Assembly (NCBI GenBank): GCA_944386715.1
Contig: CALXCD010000005.1
Coordinates: 1 to 58,165, forward strand
Direction: 5' to 3'
Length of the DNA stretch: 58,165 nt
Source: an uncultured Clostridia bacterium
GTDB lineage: Bacteria; Bacillota; Clostridia; TANB77; CAG-508
Positions 19,443 through 30,373 of this stretch are shown here, one piece after another. The notes under the pieces are model-generated. The model was given only the letters and a program-made list of their open reading frames with translations, did not search any database and was not told the DNA's origin. Each line of letters begins with the position of its first letter. The first letter of the stretch is position 1. The position numbers and the translations under genes are program-made.

Positions 19443-20294
19443 CTAACCATTTGGCACATACATGTTTTTAGCCACTACGTCTAATTCCACCACATTCATG
19501 GCTGTTAACTTTTCAATTTCCTTTCTTGCTTTCTCTTTAAAAGCTTTTATTCCATCTACTACATTATACCCATACATAATGGTTACTTCCATATACAATT
19601 TAGCACCATCTCCATAATTTTCTACTCTTGTTTTTAAAATTTTATATATAGCTGGTGTTTGTGTTGCTAAATATTCCAAGATTTGTCTGAATACTAAATC
19701 TGAAATTGTAAAGTTTCCCAAATAACTAAATGTTGGTCTTATGATAGATTTTTCTGAAATATATGGTTTTTGCCCTTTTCCCTTTGATTTAAATATTTGT
19801 AATGGGTCTAATAAATATCCTGAAAAATCTTTTTTTATTTGAAAAGTTGGTACTGGAATAACATGTTTTCCCTCTGTTACTCTAATCCTTCTTGCTGTTT
19901 CCATTTCTTGCTCTGTTGCAACATCTGTAATATATACTGTTTCTGATATCTCTGGTAATCCTAAATTAGCAGCAATCTTTTGTACCATTCCATCTGATGT
20001 ACCTAATATCAATATACTCTCTGGTTTATATTTCTTTAATGCCTTTATAATTTCTTCCTTTTCCTTTTCTTCATAAAATAGTGCATGTTTTACAGTTGCC
20101 ACTTTTGTAGAAGCTTTTTTAGCAGACTCTCCTGCTACTACCTCATTATCTTTAATAAGTAAACCATCATCGATAATAAAATGTGTATTTTTTTCTCCTG
20201 CTACCATTTGGGCTCGATAGCTTTTCCCTGTTCCTGATGGTCCTACAAAAGCATATACTTTTATTTTATTTCCAAATATTTCTTTTAGTAACAT
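19443..20294 (-). CDS. P-loop protein with C-terminal Asp23/Gls24-like domain
   Basis: GPSGTGKS Walker A; C-terminal KEIEKLTAMNVVELDV. Confidence 0.7.
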   Translation of the reverse strand: MLLKEIFGNKIKVYAFVGPSGTGKSYRAQMVAGEKNTHFIIDDGLLIKDNEVVAGESAKKASTKVATVKHALFYEEKEKEEIIKALKKYKPESILILGTSDGMVQKIAANLGLPEISETVYITDVATEQEMETARRIRVTEGKHVIPVPTFQIKKDFSGYLLDPLQIFKSKGKGQKPYISEKSIIRPTFSYLGNFTISDLVFRQILEYLATQTPAIYKILKTRVENYGDGAKLYMEVTIMYGYNVVDGIKAFKEKARKEIEKLTAMNVVELDVVAKNMYVPNG

Positions 20295-20408
20295 TTATTT
20301 CTCTCCTTTTTCCATTCCTATTCTACTACATTTCAAAAAAAATAGCAAGAAACCTTGCTATTTTAATAGTATTTATGCTACTAGTTAATGATTAAAAAAT
20401 ACATACCA

Positions 20409-20501
20409 AAAGTATGGATATATTAATATTTTGCAGGCAAGACCCGGATTGTTACGCCCCAAGCTTGCTTTTGCCAAATAATATTAATATATCCATACTT
20501 T
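20409..20501. repeat. Dispersed palindromic repeat, copy 3 of 5
   Basis: aaagtatggatatattaatatt...aatattaatatatccatacttt (compensatory G-C pair vs copy 1). Confidence 0.9.
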
Positions 20502-20542
20502 AAAGTAATAATAAGAAAAAAACTATTAACTACATTTGTATC

Positions 20543-21688
20543 CTATTCATAATTCTCCAAGCTCAAACTTGGATAAGTAAATTCCTTTCCTCCATCTGTA
20601 AATGTATTACTTGGTGTATGGTCTTTTGCCATTTCATTAGAACCTTTTAAAAAATATCGATATTTAAAAGATTGACTAAGCGTACCATTTCCAATAATGA
20701 CTGGGTCATCCCATGTGGCATCAATAGCATACCATTTCCCCTCAATCTCTACATAATTCCAAGCATGATTTTCCGTCTGCCCTTCTGAATTCGTTCCTTT
20801 TCCTATCACAATTGTACATGGAATATTCAGACTATCTAACAAATATTTCATAGACCTTGCATATCCCTCACAAACACAAAGCTTTTCTACTAATGCACCA
20901 TAAATATTATAAATATAAGGTTTAGAAAGACCAGAATCATAACTAATGGTATCCACCAAATAATCATGAACCATTTTTATATCATGATAAGTATCTCCTG
21001 TTGCATTTTGTAATATTTGGTCTCTTACTTGTTCTATTTGAGCTATAGCACTTTCTACTTGTTCTTTAGAAGTAAATTCATCTGTTAGATAATTTGTTTC
21101 ATTTCCACTATTAATATATACACGATAAGATACAGTATTTCCTCTTGTTGTCGTTTCTATATTAAGAAACATCTTATTAGGACTTAAATAAAATACTTCT
21201 GGATTATCATAAGTATATGCTTCAATAGCAGACTGGTAATATTTTCCCAATAAATCTTGTCCATTTGTTTGAGATAATAAACTGGAAAAACTATCACCTA
21301 ATTCAATTTGTTTTGTTCCAGATTTCATTTCTTCTTTATTGGTTTCAAAGGCTTTATAAATTGTTTTAGAATATTCTTCTAATTGATTATAAAAATATTT
21401 ATTTACATTCACATTACTATAATCTACATTTGTATTCGTATCTGGCGTTTGTATTAACTTATCTAATGGATTTTCTACGATTCCTGGAACTTCAATATTA
21501 TTTTCTAATGTTTTATCTTGATTTGCAACCTGATTTTTATTTTCTTCCCATTGTACTGGGTCTGTTGCTGTTTCTACATTGGATAGCTTGGTAATTTCTT
21601 CAAATGCAATCATTCCAAAAACAATAAGAACTCCAATAATCCCTAAAATAACAAATGTTATAATAACTGTTGTAAGTTTATCTCTCAT
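20543..21688 (-). CDS. Membrane-anchored transglutaminase-like domain protein
   Basis: N-terminal TM helix; VCEGYA, HAWNYV, IDATWDD Cys-His-Asp triad. Confidence 0.85.
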   Translation of the reverse strand: MRDKLTTVIITFVILGIIGVLIVFGMIAFEEITKLSNVETATDPVQWEENKNQVANQDKTLENNIEVPGIVENPLDKLIQTPDTNTNVDYSNVNVNKYFYNQLEEYSKTIYKAFETNKEEMKSGTKQIELGDSFSSLLSQTNGQDLLGKYYQSAIEAYTYDNPEVFYLSPNKMFLNIETTTRGNTVSYRVYINSGNETNYLTDEFTSKEQVESAIAQIEQVRDQILQNATGDTYHDIKMVHDYLVDTISYDSGLSKPYIYNIYGALVEKLCVCEGYARSMKYLLDSLNIPCTIVIGKGTNSEGQTENHAWNYVEIEGKWYAIDATWDDPVIIGNGTLSQSFKYRYFLKGSNEMAKDHTPSNTFTDGGKEFTYPSLSLENYE

Positions 21689-21884
21689 TATTTTTCTCCT
21701 TATTCATTTTTCCATACTTTAATTATAACATTTTCTTGTTATGAAAACTAGTATTTTTTATAAAAAGCTCTCTTTTCTACAAATGGTAATTTTTTGAAAT
21801 TTTTTCCTAATTTCGACAAACTTTTTATTTTTTTGTGTTATAATAGTTTTTAGTCCACCAAAGATGAGGAAAAGAGGTGTTATT

Positions 21885-22019
21885 TTGGAAAAATTAGGTA
21901 CAATTACTGTATCTGTCTTTAAAAATGCAGAAAACGTTACCGATTTTTGTATCGAAACAGATAATGACAATGTTTTACCTGTTTCTTATGTTATTGAAGA
22001 TACTTTAAAACTTTATTAG
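21885..22019 (+). CDS. Small 44-aa protein not in ORF track
   Basis: GAGGTG RBS, TTG start, MEKLGTITVSVFKNAENVTDFCIETDNDNVLPVSYVIEDTLKLY*; upstream TCGACA..TGTTATAAT; downstream hairpin agactaac/gttagtct. Confidence 0.55.
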   Translation: MEKLGTITVSVFKNAENVTDFCIETDNDNVLPVSYVIEDTLKLY

Positions 22020-22105
22020 ACTAACTTTTGTTAGTCTTTTATTGTATCTTTCTACAAGTATTAGAAAATACCAAGTCATCAAAACTTGGTATTCTCATAT
22101 TTCTA

Positions 22106-24040
22106 CTATATCTCCATAATAATTGGTATAATCATAGGATTTCGTTTTGTCTTCATAAAGATATAATCTCTTAAATTCTCACGGGTAACAGATTTAATAG
22201 TACCCCAATCACGAATTCCTCTTTGCTCACATTTTTTTATTTCATGTCTTACGACAGATTTCACATCATCCATTAAATTCTCAGATTCCCTTACATAAAC
22301 AAATCCTCTAGAAATAACATCAGGACCTGCAACTACTTCTCCTGTAGAAGAATCCATGGTTAAAACAATAACAATTAGTCCGTCTTGAGATAGATGTTGT
22401 CTATCTCTTAAAACAATATTTCCTACATCTCCAACGCCTAATCCATCTACTAATATCCTTCCACATGGCACTGTTCCTGTAAATTGTGCTTGTTCTTCAT
22501 CTATTTCTAAAATTCTACCATTAGACATCATAATAATATTATCTTTATCCATTCCCATACTTTGTGCTGTTTCACTATGTGCAATTAATTGTCTATATTC
22601 GCCGTGAACTGGAATAAAGTATTTTGGTTTTGCCAATGCAATAATCAATTTTTGTTCTTCTTGGCAAGCATGTCCTGAAACATGGATAGCCTCTAAAGAA
22701 CTATATACAACTTCTGCTCCAATTTGCATTAAATCATCAATAACTTTAGATACAAACTTTTCATTTCCTGGAATTGGGGTTGCAGATATAATTACTAAAT
22801 CATTTGGTGTTATTTTTACTTTTCTATGGTCACCTGCTGCCATTCTAGTTAGTGCTGACATTGGTTCCCCTTGACTTCCAGTTGTAATAATAACTAACTG
22901 CTCATCTGTATAATTATTTATCATATCAATATCAATAAATATATCTTTTGGACATTCTATATATCCCAATTCCCTTGCAGTTTCTATCATATTTATCATA
23001 CTTCTACCACATACTGCAATTTTTCTATTATATTTAATAGCAGAATTCACAATTTGTTGTACACGGTGTACATTAGATGCAAATGTTGCAACTACAATCC
23101 TTTTCGTACAATGTAAAAATAGTTTGTCAAAGACTTCTCCTACAGAACTCTCAGACATGGTAAATCCTTTTCTCTCTGCATTCGTACTATCTGACATTAA
23201 TGCTAAAATTCCTTGATTCCCAAGTTCTGCAATTCTTCCAAAATCCATTATTTTTCCATCAATTGGCGTATAGTCTACTTTAAAATCTCCTGTATGAAGC
23301 ACTGTTCCTGCTGGTGTTGTGATAGCCAACATAACAGAATCTGGTATACTATGCGAACTTCTAATAAATTCTATTTGAAAGTTTTTTCCAAGTTTTATCT
23401 TTTGCCCTTGTACTACTTCATTTAACTCTGTACTTTTTAGAAGATGATGTTCTTCTAATTTATTTCTAATTAATCCGGCAGTCAATCTAGTAGCATAAAT
23501 TGGAATATTAATCTTTTTCAATAAATATGGTACTGCTCCGATATGATCCTCGTGTCCATGTGTGATAATAAGACCTTTTATTTTATCTACATTTTTTTCT
23601 AAATAAGTAATATCTGGAATGACTAAATCTATTCCCAACATATCATCTTCTGGGAAAGATAATCCACAATCTACTACAATTATCTCATTTTCATATTCAA
23701 ACACGGTAATATTTTTTCCAATTTCATGTAAACCACCTAATGGTATTATCTTTAATTTTGATTTTTTAAAAATAGAACCATTATCTTTTGCTTTTGTTGT
23801 TTGCCTAGTAGTTCTATTCGTCCTAGCAGTTCTTGGCATTTTAGTTCTAGTCTTTTTCACTAAATTTTCATTTTCTTTTTTTTCTGCTATATTAACTTTT
23901 TCCTCTTCTTTTGGTGTCTTTTCTTTTTTCGTTGCTGCTGTTCTTTTTTGATATGGTTTTCTGGTTGTTTTCCTTATTTTCCCTCCTTCTTTTGTTTGAT
24001 TTTGTAAATTTTCATTATTATTCAAGTTTTCTTCTGTCAT
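22106..24040 (-). CDS. rnj: Ribonuclease J with basic N-terminal extension
   Basis: PLGGLHEIGKN, THGHEDHIG, HTGDFK, HVSGHA, PVHGEYR. Confidence 0.96.
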   Translation of the reverse strand: MTEENLNNNENLQNQTKEGGKIRKTTRKPYQKRTAATKKEKTPKEEEKVNIAEKKENENLVKKTRTKMPRTARTNRTTRQTTKAKDNGSIFKKSKLKIIPLGGLHEIGKNITVFEYENEIIVVDCGLSFPEDDMLGIDLVIPDITYLEKNVDKIKGLIITHGHEDHIGAVPYLLKKINIPIYATRLTAGLIRNKLEEHHLLKSTELNEVVQGQKIKLGKNFQIEFIRSSHSIPDSVMLAITTPAGTVLHTGDFKVDYTPIDGKIMDFGRIAELGNQGILALMSDSTNAERKGFTMSESSVGEVFDKLFLHCTKRIVVATFASNVHRVQQIVNSAIKYNRKIAVCGRSMINMIETARELGYIECPKDIFIDIDMINNYTDEQLVIITTGSQGEPMSALTRMAAGDHRKVKITPNDLVIISATPIPGNEKFVSKVIDDLMQIGAEVVYSSLEAIHVSGHACQEEQKLIIALAKPKYFIPVHGEYRQLIAHSETAQSMGMDKDNIIMMSNGRILEIDEEQAQFTGTVPCGRILVDGLGVGDVGNIVLRDRQHLSQDGLIVIVLTMDSSTGEVVAGPDVISRGFVYVRESENLMDDVKSVVRHEIKKCEQRGIRDWGTIKSVTRENLRDYIFMKTKRNPMIIPIIMEI

Positions 24041-24327
24041 AAATTCTCCTCTCTTCTTTTTATATTTTTTATTTCTAAAAACCTTCTCATCAATGCTAAA
24101 AAAATTAGTTTACTTTCTAAACTAATCTTGACCAATATGTAATATAAAGCTTGTTCTAATATATGAGCCTTTTTCTCTCCCCTACTCATTATTTACAAAC
24201 TTTTTCTATTAATTCCGATCAATCTTATTTTTTCCCGTTCTCTCTTTTTTCATACATCAAATTTAAATTTTTAGGTTTTTATCTATAAAATCTCTTTTTT
24301 AGCATTTTTTGCTAATCACTGAGTTGT

Positions 24328-24356
24328 ATTATACTATATTTTCAAAGAATTGTCAA
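24328..24356 (-). promoter_or_regulatory. sigmaA promoter of rnj
   Basis: TTGACA-N17-TATAAT exact consensus about 290 nt upstream of ATG. Confidence 0.7.
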
Positions 24357-24455
24357 ACACATTATGTATACTTGCTTTTTTCAGATTTTAGAAAGATAAA
24401 AAAGAAACAAAAAACTTACTTGTTTCTCGTTTCTTTATTTTTTATTAGAACATAC

Positions 24456-25010
24456 TTAAATTTCCATTTGACTTCCTAAAAAAGTAGCAGCTGATTGTGC
24501 AACTTTTTTCTCTACTTCATTCATTTTGCCATTTTGTTCTTTAGACATTAAGATAACAGTTCCTATCGTATCACCATTAGAAATAATTGGATATACAATT
24601 TGTGCATTATGCTTTCTTTCCTTGTTGTCATTTTTCGTAATTGGCATTGCCACATCACTATTTTCTTTGCTAGAATATACCTCTTTATCTTCCATTAATT
24701 GCTCTAATTCCTGGCTAATATCTTGTTCTAAAAATTCTTTTTTAGCCCCTCCTGAAACTGCAATAATCGTATCTTTATCTGTAATACATGCAATATGTCC
24801 TGTCGTTTTTGCTAGTGTTTCAGCATATCCTGCTGCAAATTCAGAAAGTTCTCCAATAGGAGAATATTTTTTAAGTATCACTTGTCCTTCTCTATCTGTG
24901 AAAATTTCTAATGGGTCACCTTCTTTTATTCTCAATGTTTTTCTTATTTCTTTTGGAATAACAACTCTTCCTAAATCATCTATTCTTCTTACCACTCCGG
25001 TTGCTTTCAT
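24456..25010 (-). CDS. spoVT: Stage V sporulation protein T
   Basis: MKATGVVRRIDDLGRVVIPKEIR AbrB domain plus GAF C-terminus. Confidence 0.95.
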   Translation of the reverse strand: MKATGVVRRIDDLGRVVIPKEIRKTLRIKEGDPLEIFTDREGQVILKKYSPIGELSEFAAGYAETLAKTTGHIACITDKDTIIAVSGGAKKEFLEQDISQELEQLMEDKEVYSSKENSDVAMPITKNDNKERKHNAQIVYPIISNGDTIGTVILMSKEQNGKMNEVEKKVAQSAATFLGSQMEI

Positions 25011-25043
25011 AATTTTCCTCCTTTTTAAATTTATGTCTACTCT

Positions 25044-25072
25044 TATTATTACATTTCAGGAAAAAATTATGC
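25044..25072 (-). promoter_or_regulatory. Putative sigmaG promoter of spoVT
   Basis: GCATA-N17-AATAATA. Confidence 0.5.
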
Positions 25073-25156
25073 ATGAAAAAAAATTTTTTTCTCTAAACTT
25101 TTTTATTTTTACAAAAACCTTGATATTTCAATATATCAAGGTTTTCTATAAAGTAT

Positions 25157-27144
25157 TTATTCCATTTCTTCTTCTTTTAGTTCTCTTTTAGGTAAGAAAC
25201 TAATTTTATATTTATCTAAAATATATTCTAATTCTTTTGAAAATTCTTTTAACATAACAATTTTTATGGTTGGGTCTTTCCCCTTCAAATAATCATCAAT
25301 AACTTGTTTTAGTTGTTTGATATTTTTCATTTCAGGTTCGATTTCTTTGGTATATTGATTTGCTCTATCCGCCAATTTTTCTTTGATTAATACAATATCT
25401 TCATTGCTTGCACAAGAAATTCTTTGGAACATTTGATATGGGTCATAATATTTAAAAATAGGAATTTCCATACATTGTTTATCAAATTTTTCGTAAAATT
25501 GTTCCATCCTCATTGGGATACATTTAAACACTTCATCTGCTAATTCTTTATATTTTTTATCTAACAATTGTTCATTTAACATATCAAAATGTTTTAAAAT
25601 GTCTTCCATATCTTCTGCTACTTCTTCAATTGCTATTTTCCCCAATTCTTCTTCTGCATTTTCACAATATTGTGATGACAAAGATGCTATGTTCATACCG
25701 TTGAAAAAATATACTTTTTAAAGTTTTCAAATCATAATTAATTAAATTTTTTCGTGAAAAATAGCTAAAATAAGCAAATAATTTAACAATATCAATTAAT
25801 TTAATTTTTCCTTCTTTAACATCTTCAATAATTTCGCTAATTACTCCTTCAAATTGGTCATCTGAAATTTTCCAATATTCTTCTGTTAATAAACGTTTAT
25901 AGGCTGGTAAATTTTCTGTATCCACTGTATTTCTAATAGTTTCCATATTATCCTTGAATAATTTCATATCAAAAATTCTAGTACGTACATAATATTCAAT
26001 AAATTTAAAGAATCGATATTCTGATTTAAAATTATAATAATAATTATTATCAAATTCTTTAATATAAAATTGTCTATTATCCATCAAAATTCTAGAAGAT
26101 ACTAAAATAGATTTATATTCTTCATTATCTTGTATGTTAATAAATTTATCTTTCGTAATTTTTCCAGCTTTAATTTCAAAAGAAACTGCAATCGTAAATA
26201 TTAACATGGTTTGTATAATCCTATTACTTGTATTAGGATAAGATTTATTGACCATTTCATATATTTTCTTAAAATCATTTAATGCATGTTTTAAAATTCT
26301 TAAATTTCTAGTTCCACTTTTATGAAAAGTAGAAATAATAAGTCCTGTATTTTCTCTTAAAAATCGAATTAAATCTGGGTTATTTTCATAACGCATTAAA
26401 ATCCCATTAATGATATAGTCAAATTTTGGTGCATATTCAAAAGTTTCTCCAATTAATTTTTCCTTTATTCTTTCATAATCATTTGCTTTATCAAAAACAT
26501 GCTCAATTTTATCTTGTATTTTTTCTACCATTGGTTTATCAGATTTATTTAATTCATCTTGTTTATCTAAAAGATAAGTTGCAATAAAAGTTTTCATCTC
26601 TAAATTAGAGCTTTTTAATTTGGTTGACAATTCTTTTTCATTACAAATAATAATGGTTTTAATATGGTCATGTTCTACAAAGTTATTAATATATCCCAAA
26701 ATATCAATAACATCTACATTTGCTCTTTCTAAGTCATCAAAACAAAGAACTTTATCATCTGTAGAGAAAAATTCTCCATAATCTACTTTATCTCCATTTT
26801 GCGTTACACCAAAAAAGTTGGCCATATCAATACCAGTTTTTGCATATTCTGGAATAGTCGTTTGTCCATTGGCATCCATGAATCTTCTTAAATTTTTATC
26901 CATTAATTGGGTTGTTTCAATAAATATTTTTTTACTAATTTCCTCCAAATTTGAAATACCATATAAAGACATATAAATAGTAGTATACCTTTTACCATTT
27001 AATTGCATAGACTCTATTTTTTTTCTAATTTTATGGTTCCAAAAATGTGTCTTTCCGAGACCCCCATTCTCCATTAATCATAATAGCATAATCCGTATAA
27101 TCTGATCTCACATAATCTAAAATGCTTTCTACTAAATCTTCCAT
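25157..27144 (-). CDS. KAP-family P-loop NTPase (~661 aa); needs +1 shifts at CGGA 27057-27054 and CGGT 25700-25697
   Basis: Three track ORFs join into one: YAIMINGEWGS-G-KTHF Walker A, VLCFDDLER Walker B, KEKLIG, NLRIL; AAGGAGG RBS before 27144. Confidence 0.8.
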
Positions 27145-27182
27145 CATTTCCTCCTTTTCTTTTGCTTTTATTAGATTTTTTA

Positions 27183-27872
27183 TTAATCTTTTGCTATGGT
27201 AAATACATCTATTTTTTTGACAGATACTTGTTGCAAAACTTTTGCACATTCCTTTACAGTACTACCCGTTGTATAAATATCATCTATTAACAATATTTTC
27301 TTATTTTCTAACTGCTCCTTATTTTTTAATTGGTACACACCTTGTACATTTTGTAGTCTATTTTCTTTATCTAAAGTACTTTGCGGAACAATATTTTTTA
27401 TTTTTTCTATAGCATCCAGGCATAAACTTAAAGTCTTTTTTTCTTGCTTTTTTTGGACTTGTTTTACTAATTCTTTTGCAATTAATAAACTTTGGTTATA
27501 TCCTCTTTCCTTTTTTCTTTTCTTACTTATTGGAACTGGTATTATTGTATCATAAGATTTAAAATTTTCAAAGAAAAAGTCGTTTTTTAATAAAAAATTC
27601 ACAAAAGTTAAATATAAATAAGATTCTTCTTTAAATTTGTAATTTAAAATTGCTCTTCTTATTATTCCTTGATATTGAAAAATATATAAATGATTTTCAA
27701 AATAAATTTCGTCTTCTTGCTTTCTTTCGACGGTAAATTTAGCTTGATTTTGTAATAATAAATAACACTTTTGACATAAATAATTGGGATTGAATTTTCC
27801 ACAAATTCCACATATTGGTGGATAAATGATATCTAATATTTCTTGAAAAAAATTTTTTTGATTTTTTAAAAT
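27183..27872 (-). CDS. comFC: ComFC/ComF-family amidophosphoribosyltransferase-like protein
   Basis: IIYPPICGICG..LCQKC zinc ribbon in frame upstream of the track start; RGYNQS, LLIDDIYTTGST; start uncertain (ATT 27872 behind AAAGGAG). Confidence 0.8.
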   Translation of the reverse strand: MLKNQKNFFQEILDIIYPPICGICGKFNPNYLCQKCYLLLQNQAKFTVERKQEDEIYFENHLYIFQYQGIIRRAILNYKFKEESYLYLTFVNFLLKNDFFFENFKSYDTIIPVPISKKRKKERGYNQSLLIAKELVKQVQKKQEKKTLSLCLDAIEKIKNIVPQSTLDKENRLQNVQGVYQLKNKEQLENKKILLIDDIYTTGSTVKECAKVLQQVSVKKIDVFTIAKD

Positions 27873-27901
27873 TTTTGCATGCTCCTTTCTTTGTAAAATT
27901 T

Positions 27902-27990
27902 AGTATTGACATATTAATATTTTGCAGACAAGACTCAGATTGTTATGCCCCAAGCTTGCATTTGCCAAATAATATTAATATATCAATACT
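27902..27990. repeat. Dispersed palindromic repeat, copy 4 of 5
   Basis: agtattgacatattaatattttgcagacaagactcagattgtt...aatattaatatatcaatact. Confidence 0.88.
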
Positions 27991-28061
27991 TGTTACATTC
28001 GTTTGCTCACTTATAAAGTAGTCCAAAATAATATAAATTCACTTAAAATTTTTTATCTTCA

Positions 28062-30348
28062 TTATTCTTGTTCCATTTTATACGCTAATCCTGTATTTCT
28101 TTTTTTGCTATCCACGTTTCCTACCATCATTTTGACAACTTGTTCATTTCCTACAATAATTAATAATTTTTTAGCTCTTGTTATTCCCGTATATAATAAA
28201 TTTCTCGTCAATAACATAGGTGAAGTAGGCGGAACTACCATAATCACTACATCAAACTCACTTCCGCTGTGATTTGTGAATAGTTATGGCATAACTATGT
28301 TCTATTTGGTCCAATTCTGAAAAAGGATACCAAGCTACTTTTTCATCATCAAATTGTATTTCTACTTGTTTTTCTATTTCATCTATATGAATAATGGTAC
28401 CTATTTCACCATTAAAAACACCACTACCTATTTCTTTTCTTCCACTATCTTGTCCTTCTTTTTCCCAATAAATATCATAATTATTTTTGATTTGCATCAC
28501 TCTATCTCCAGCTCTAAAAATAGCTCCCATGCTAGCTTTTTCTGGTAAATTGCCAATATTAGGATTTAATTTTTCTTGCAAAGCTTTGTTTAATTCTTTC
28601 GTTCCTAATAATCCTTTTCTAGTAGGTGATAACACTTGAATATTTTGGAAAAAATCATAATCTCCATAGTTTTTTAATCTTCCTGTACATAAAGAAATCA
28701 CTTGTTCTAACATTCTTTCTGGGTAATTCTCTCTAATAAAGAAAAAATCTTCTTTTAATGTTTCATCCTCTACCTCTACATCTTCTATTTCTTCTATTTC
28801 TATATTTGGCAACTGTTCATCAGTCTCTATTTTTTTCTTTGTAAAAAACATTTTCCCTTGATTTACTCTATGTGCATTTAAAATGATTTTGCTTTTTGCT
28901 GCTTGTCTGAAAATTTTATCTAAATGGATCGTTGTAATTTTTTCTGAATCGATGAAATCTTTTAATACACTTCCTGGTCCTACAGATGCTAATTGGTCTA
29001 CATCACCAACTAAAATCAATTTCGTCCCTTGATAAATACATTTCAATAAATAATTCATTAAAAACATATCTACCATTGACATTTCATCTACAATAATTAA
29101 ATCAGCATCAATAGGTGCTCCTTCGTATTTTCCTGCTTCTTTATATAAACTATCTTCATCAATTTTTCCTATTTCTAACAAACGATGTAAAGTAGAAGCC
29201 TCTTTTCCTGTTGTTTCTGTCATTCTTTTGGCTGCTCTTCCTGTAGGAGCACAAAGAACTACTTTATATTTCTTTTTCTCATAAATATCAATTATACTTT
29301 TAATAATAGTGGTCTTACCAGTTCCAGGTCCTCCTGTAATAATAATCACATTATTTTCGTTTACTAGTTGCACCGCTTCTTTTTGTCTTTCTGACAACAC
29401 AATTCCTGATTGTTTTTCCGCTTCTTTTAATGCTTTTTGTATTCCACTAATTTTTTTCTTATTAGAAGCTTGTTGCAATCTTTTTATTCTTAACGCAATT
29501 TCTTCTTCTGCAACATAAAAAGCATATAAATAAACATATTCCTCTTCTTCTCTTTTTTCTACTACAATCTCCTCTTTTACTTTTAAATTGATAATATTAT
29601 CTTCTACCACTTCTGTTGTTACATCTAAAAGAGAAATCACAAATTCTATCAAATTTTGTTTCAAAACACAAGCATTTCCATTATAGGTACTTCTCATTAA
29701 TCCATATTTAATACCACTTTGTACTCTTTTTTCATTATCATAATGGATTCCCAAATCCAATGCCATTTTATCTACCTGTTTAAAGTCAACTCCTCTTGTA
29801 ATATCTAGCAATAGATAAGGATTTGCTTCTATTTCTTCAATAGCATGAACACCTAATAAAGTATAGACCTTTTTCGCATATTCTGCTCCAATTCCAAACC
29901 TTTCTAAAAAACCTACTATTTGCCATACTTCCCAATTTTCTATAAATTCTGCTGCCATTTCTTTGGCCCTTTTTTCTGAAATTCCTTTTATTTGTGCCAA
30001 ACGTTCTGGCTCTTTTTGAAAAACATATAATGTTTCTTCTCCAAAAGTTCTTACAATTCTTTTTGCTAAAGCCTCTCCTACTCCTTTAATATTTCCATTT
30101 GCCAGATATCTTTCTAAAGCCATAGCTGTTTTAGGCATTAATTTTTCAAAAGTATCAATTTTAAATTGCCTGCCATAGTCTTTATGTTCTACAAATTTTC
30201 CAATTACCTTCAAACTATCTCCAGCATGAACAAAAGGAAGATATCCTACAACAGTAGTTTCTTCTTCCTCTGTTTCAAAAGTTGCAATCGTATAACTATT
30301 TACTTCATTTTGATAAATAATATCTTGTATTTCTCCTGTTATTTCCAT
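28062..30348 (-). CDS. recD2: RecD2 helicase (~761 aa); needs a +1 shift at CGGA 28266-28263
   Basis: TGGPGTGKTT, APTGRAA, VDEMSM, GDVDQL, FRQA; TIHKSQ-G-SEF motif V and LLYTGITRAK motif VI lie across the shift. Confidence 0.92.
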
Positions 30349-30373
30349 TTAATGTCCTTCTTCACTCCATTTC

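Noticed and set aside
21758-21970. 70-aa minus-strand ORF
   Set aside because: The overlapping + strand 44-aa ORF has the promoter, RBS and terminator.
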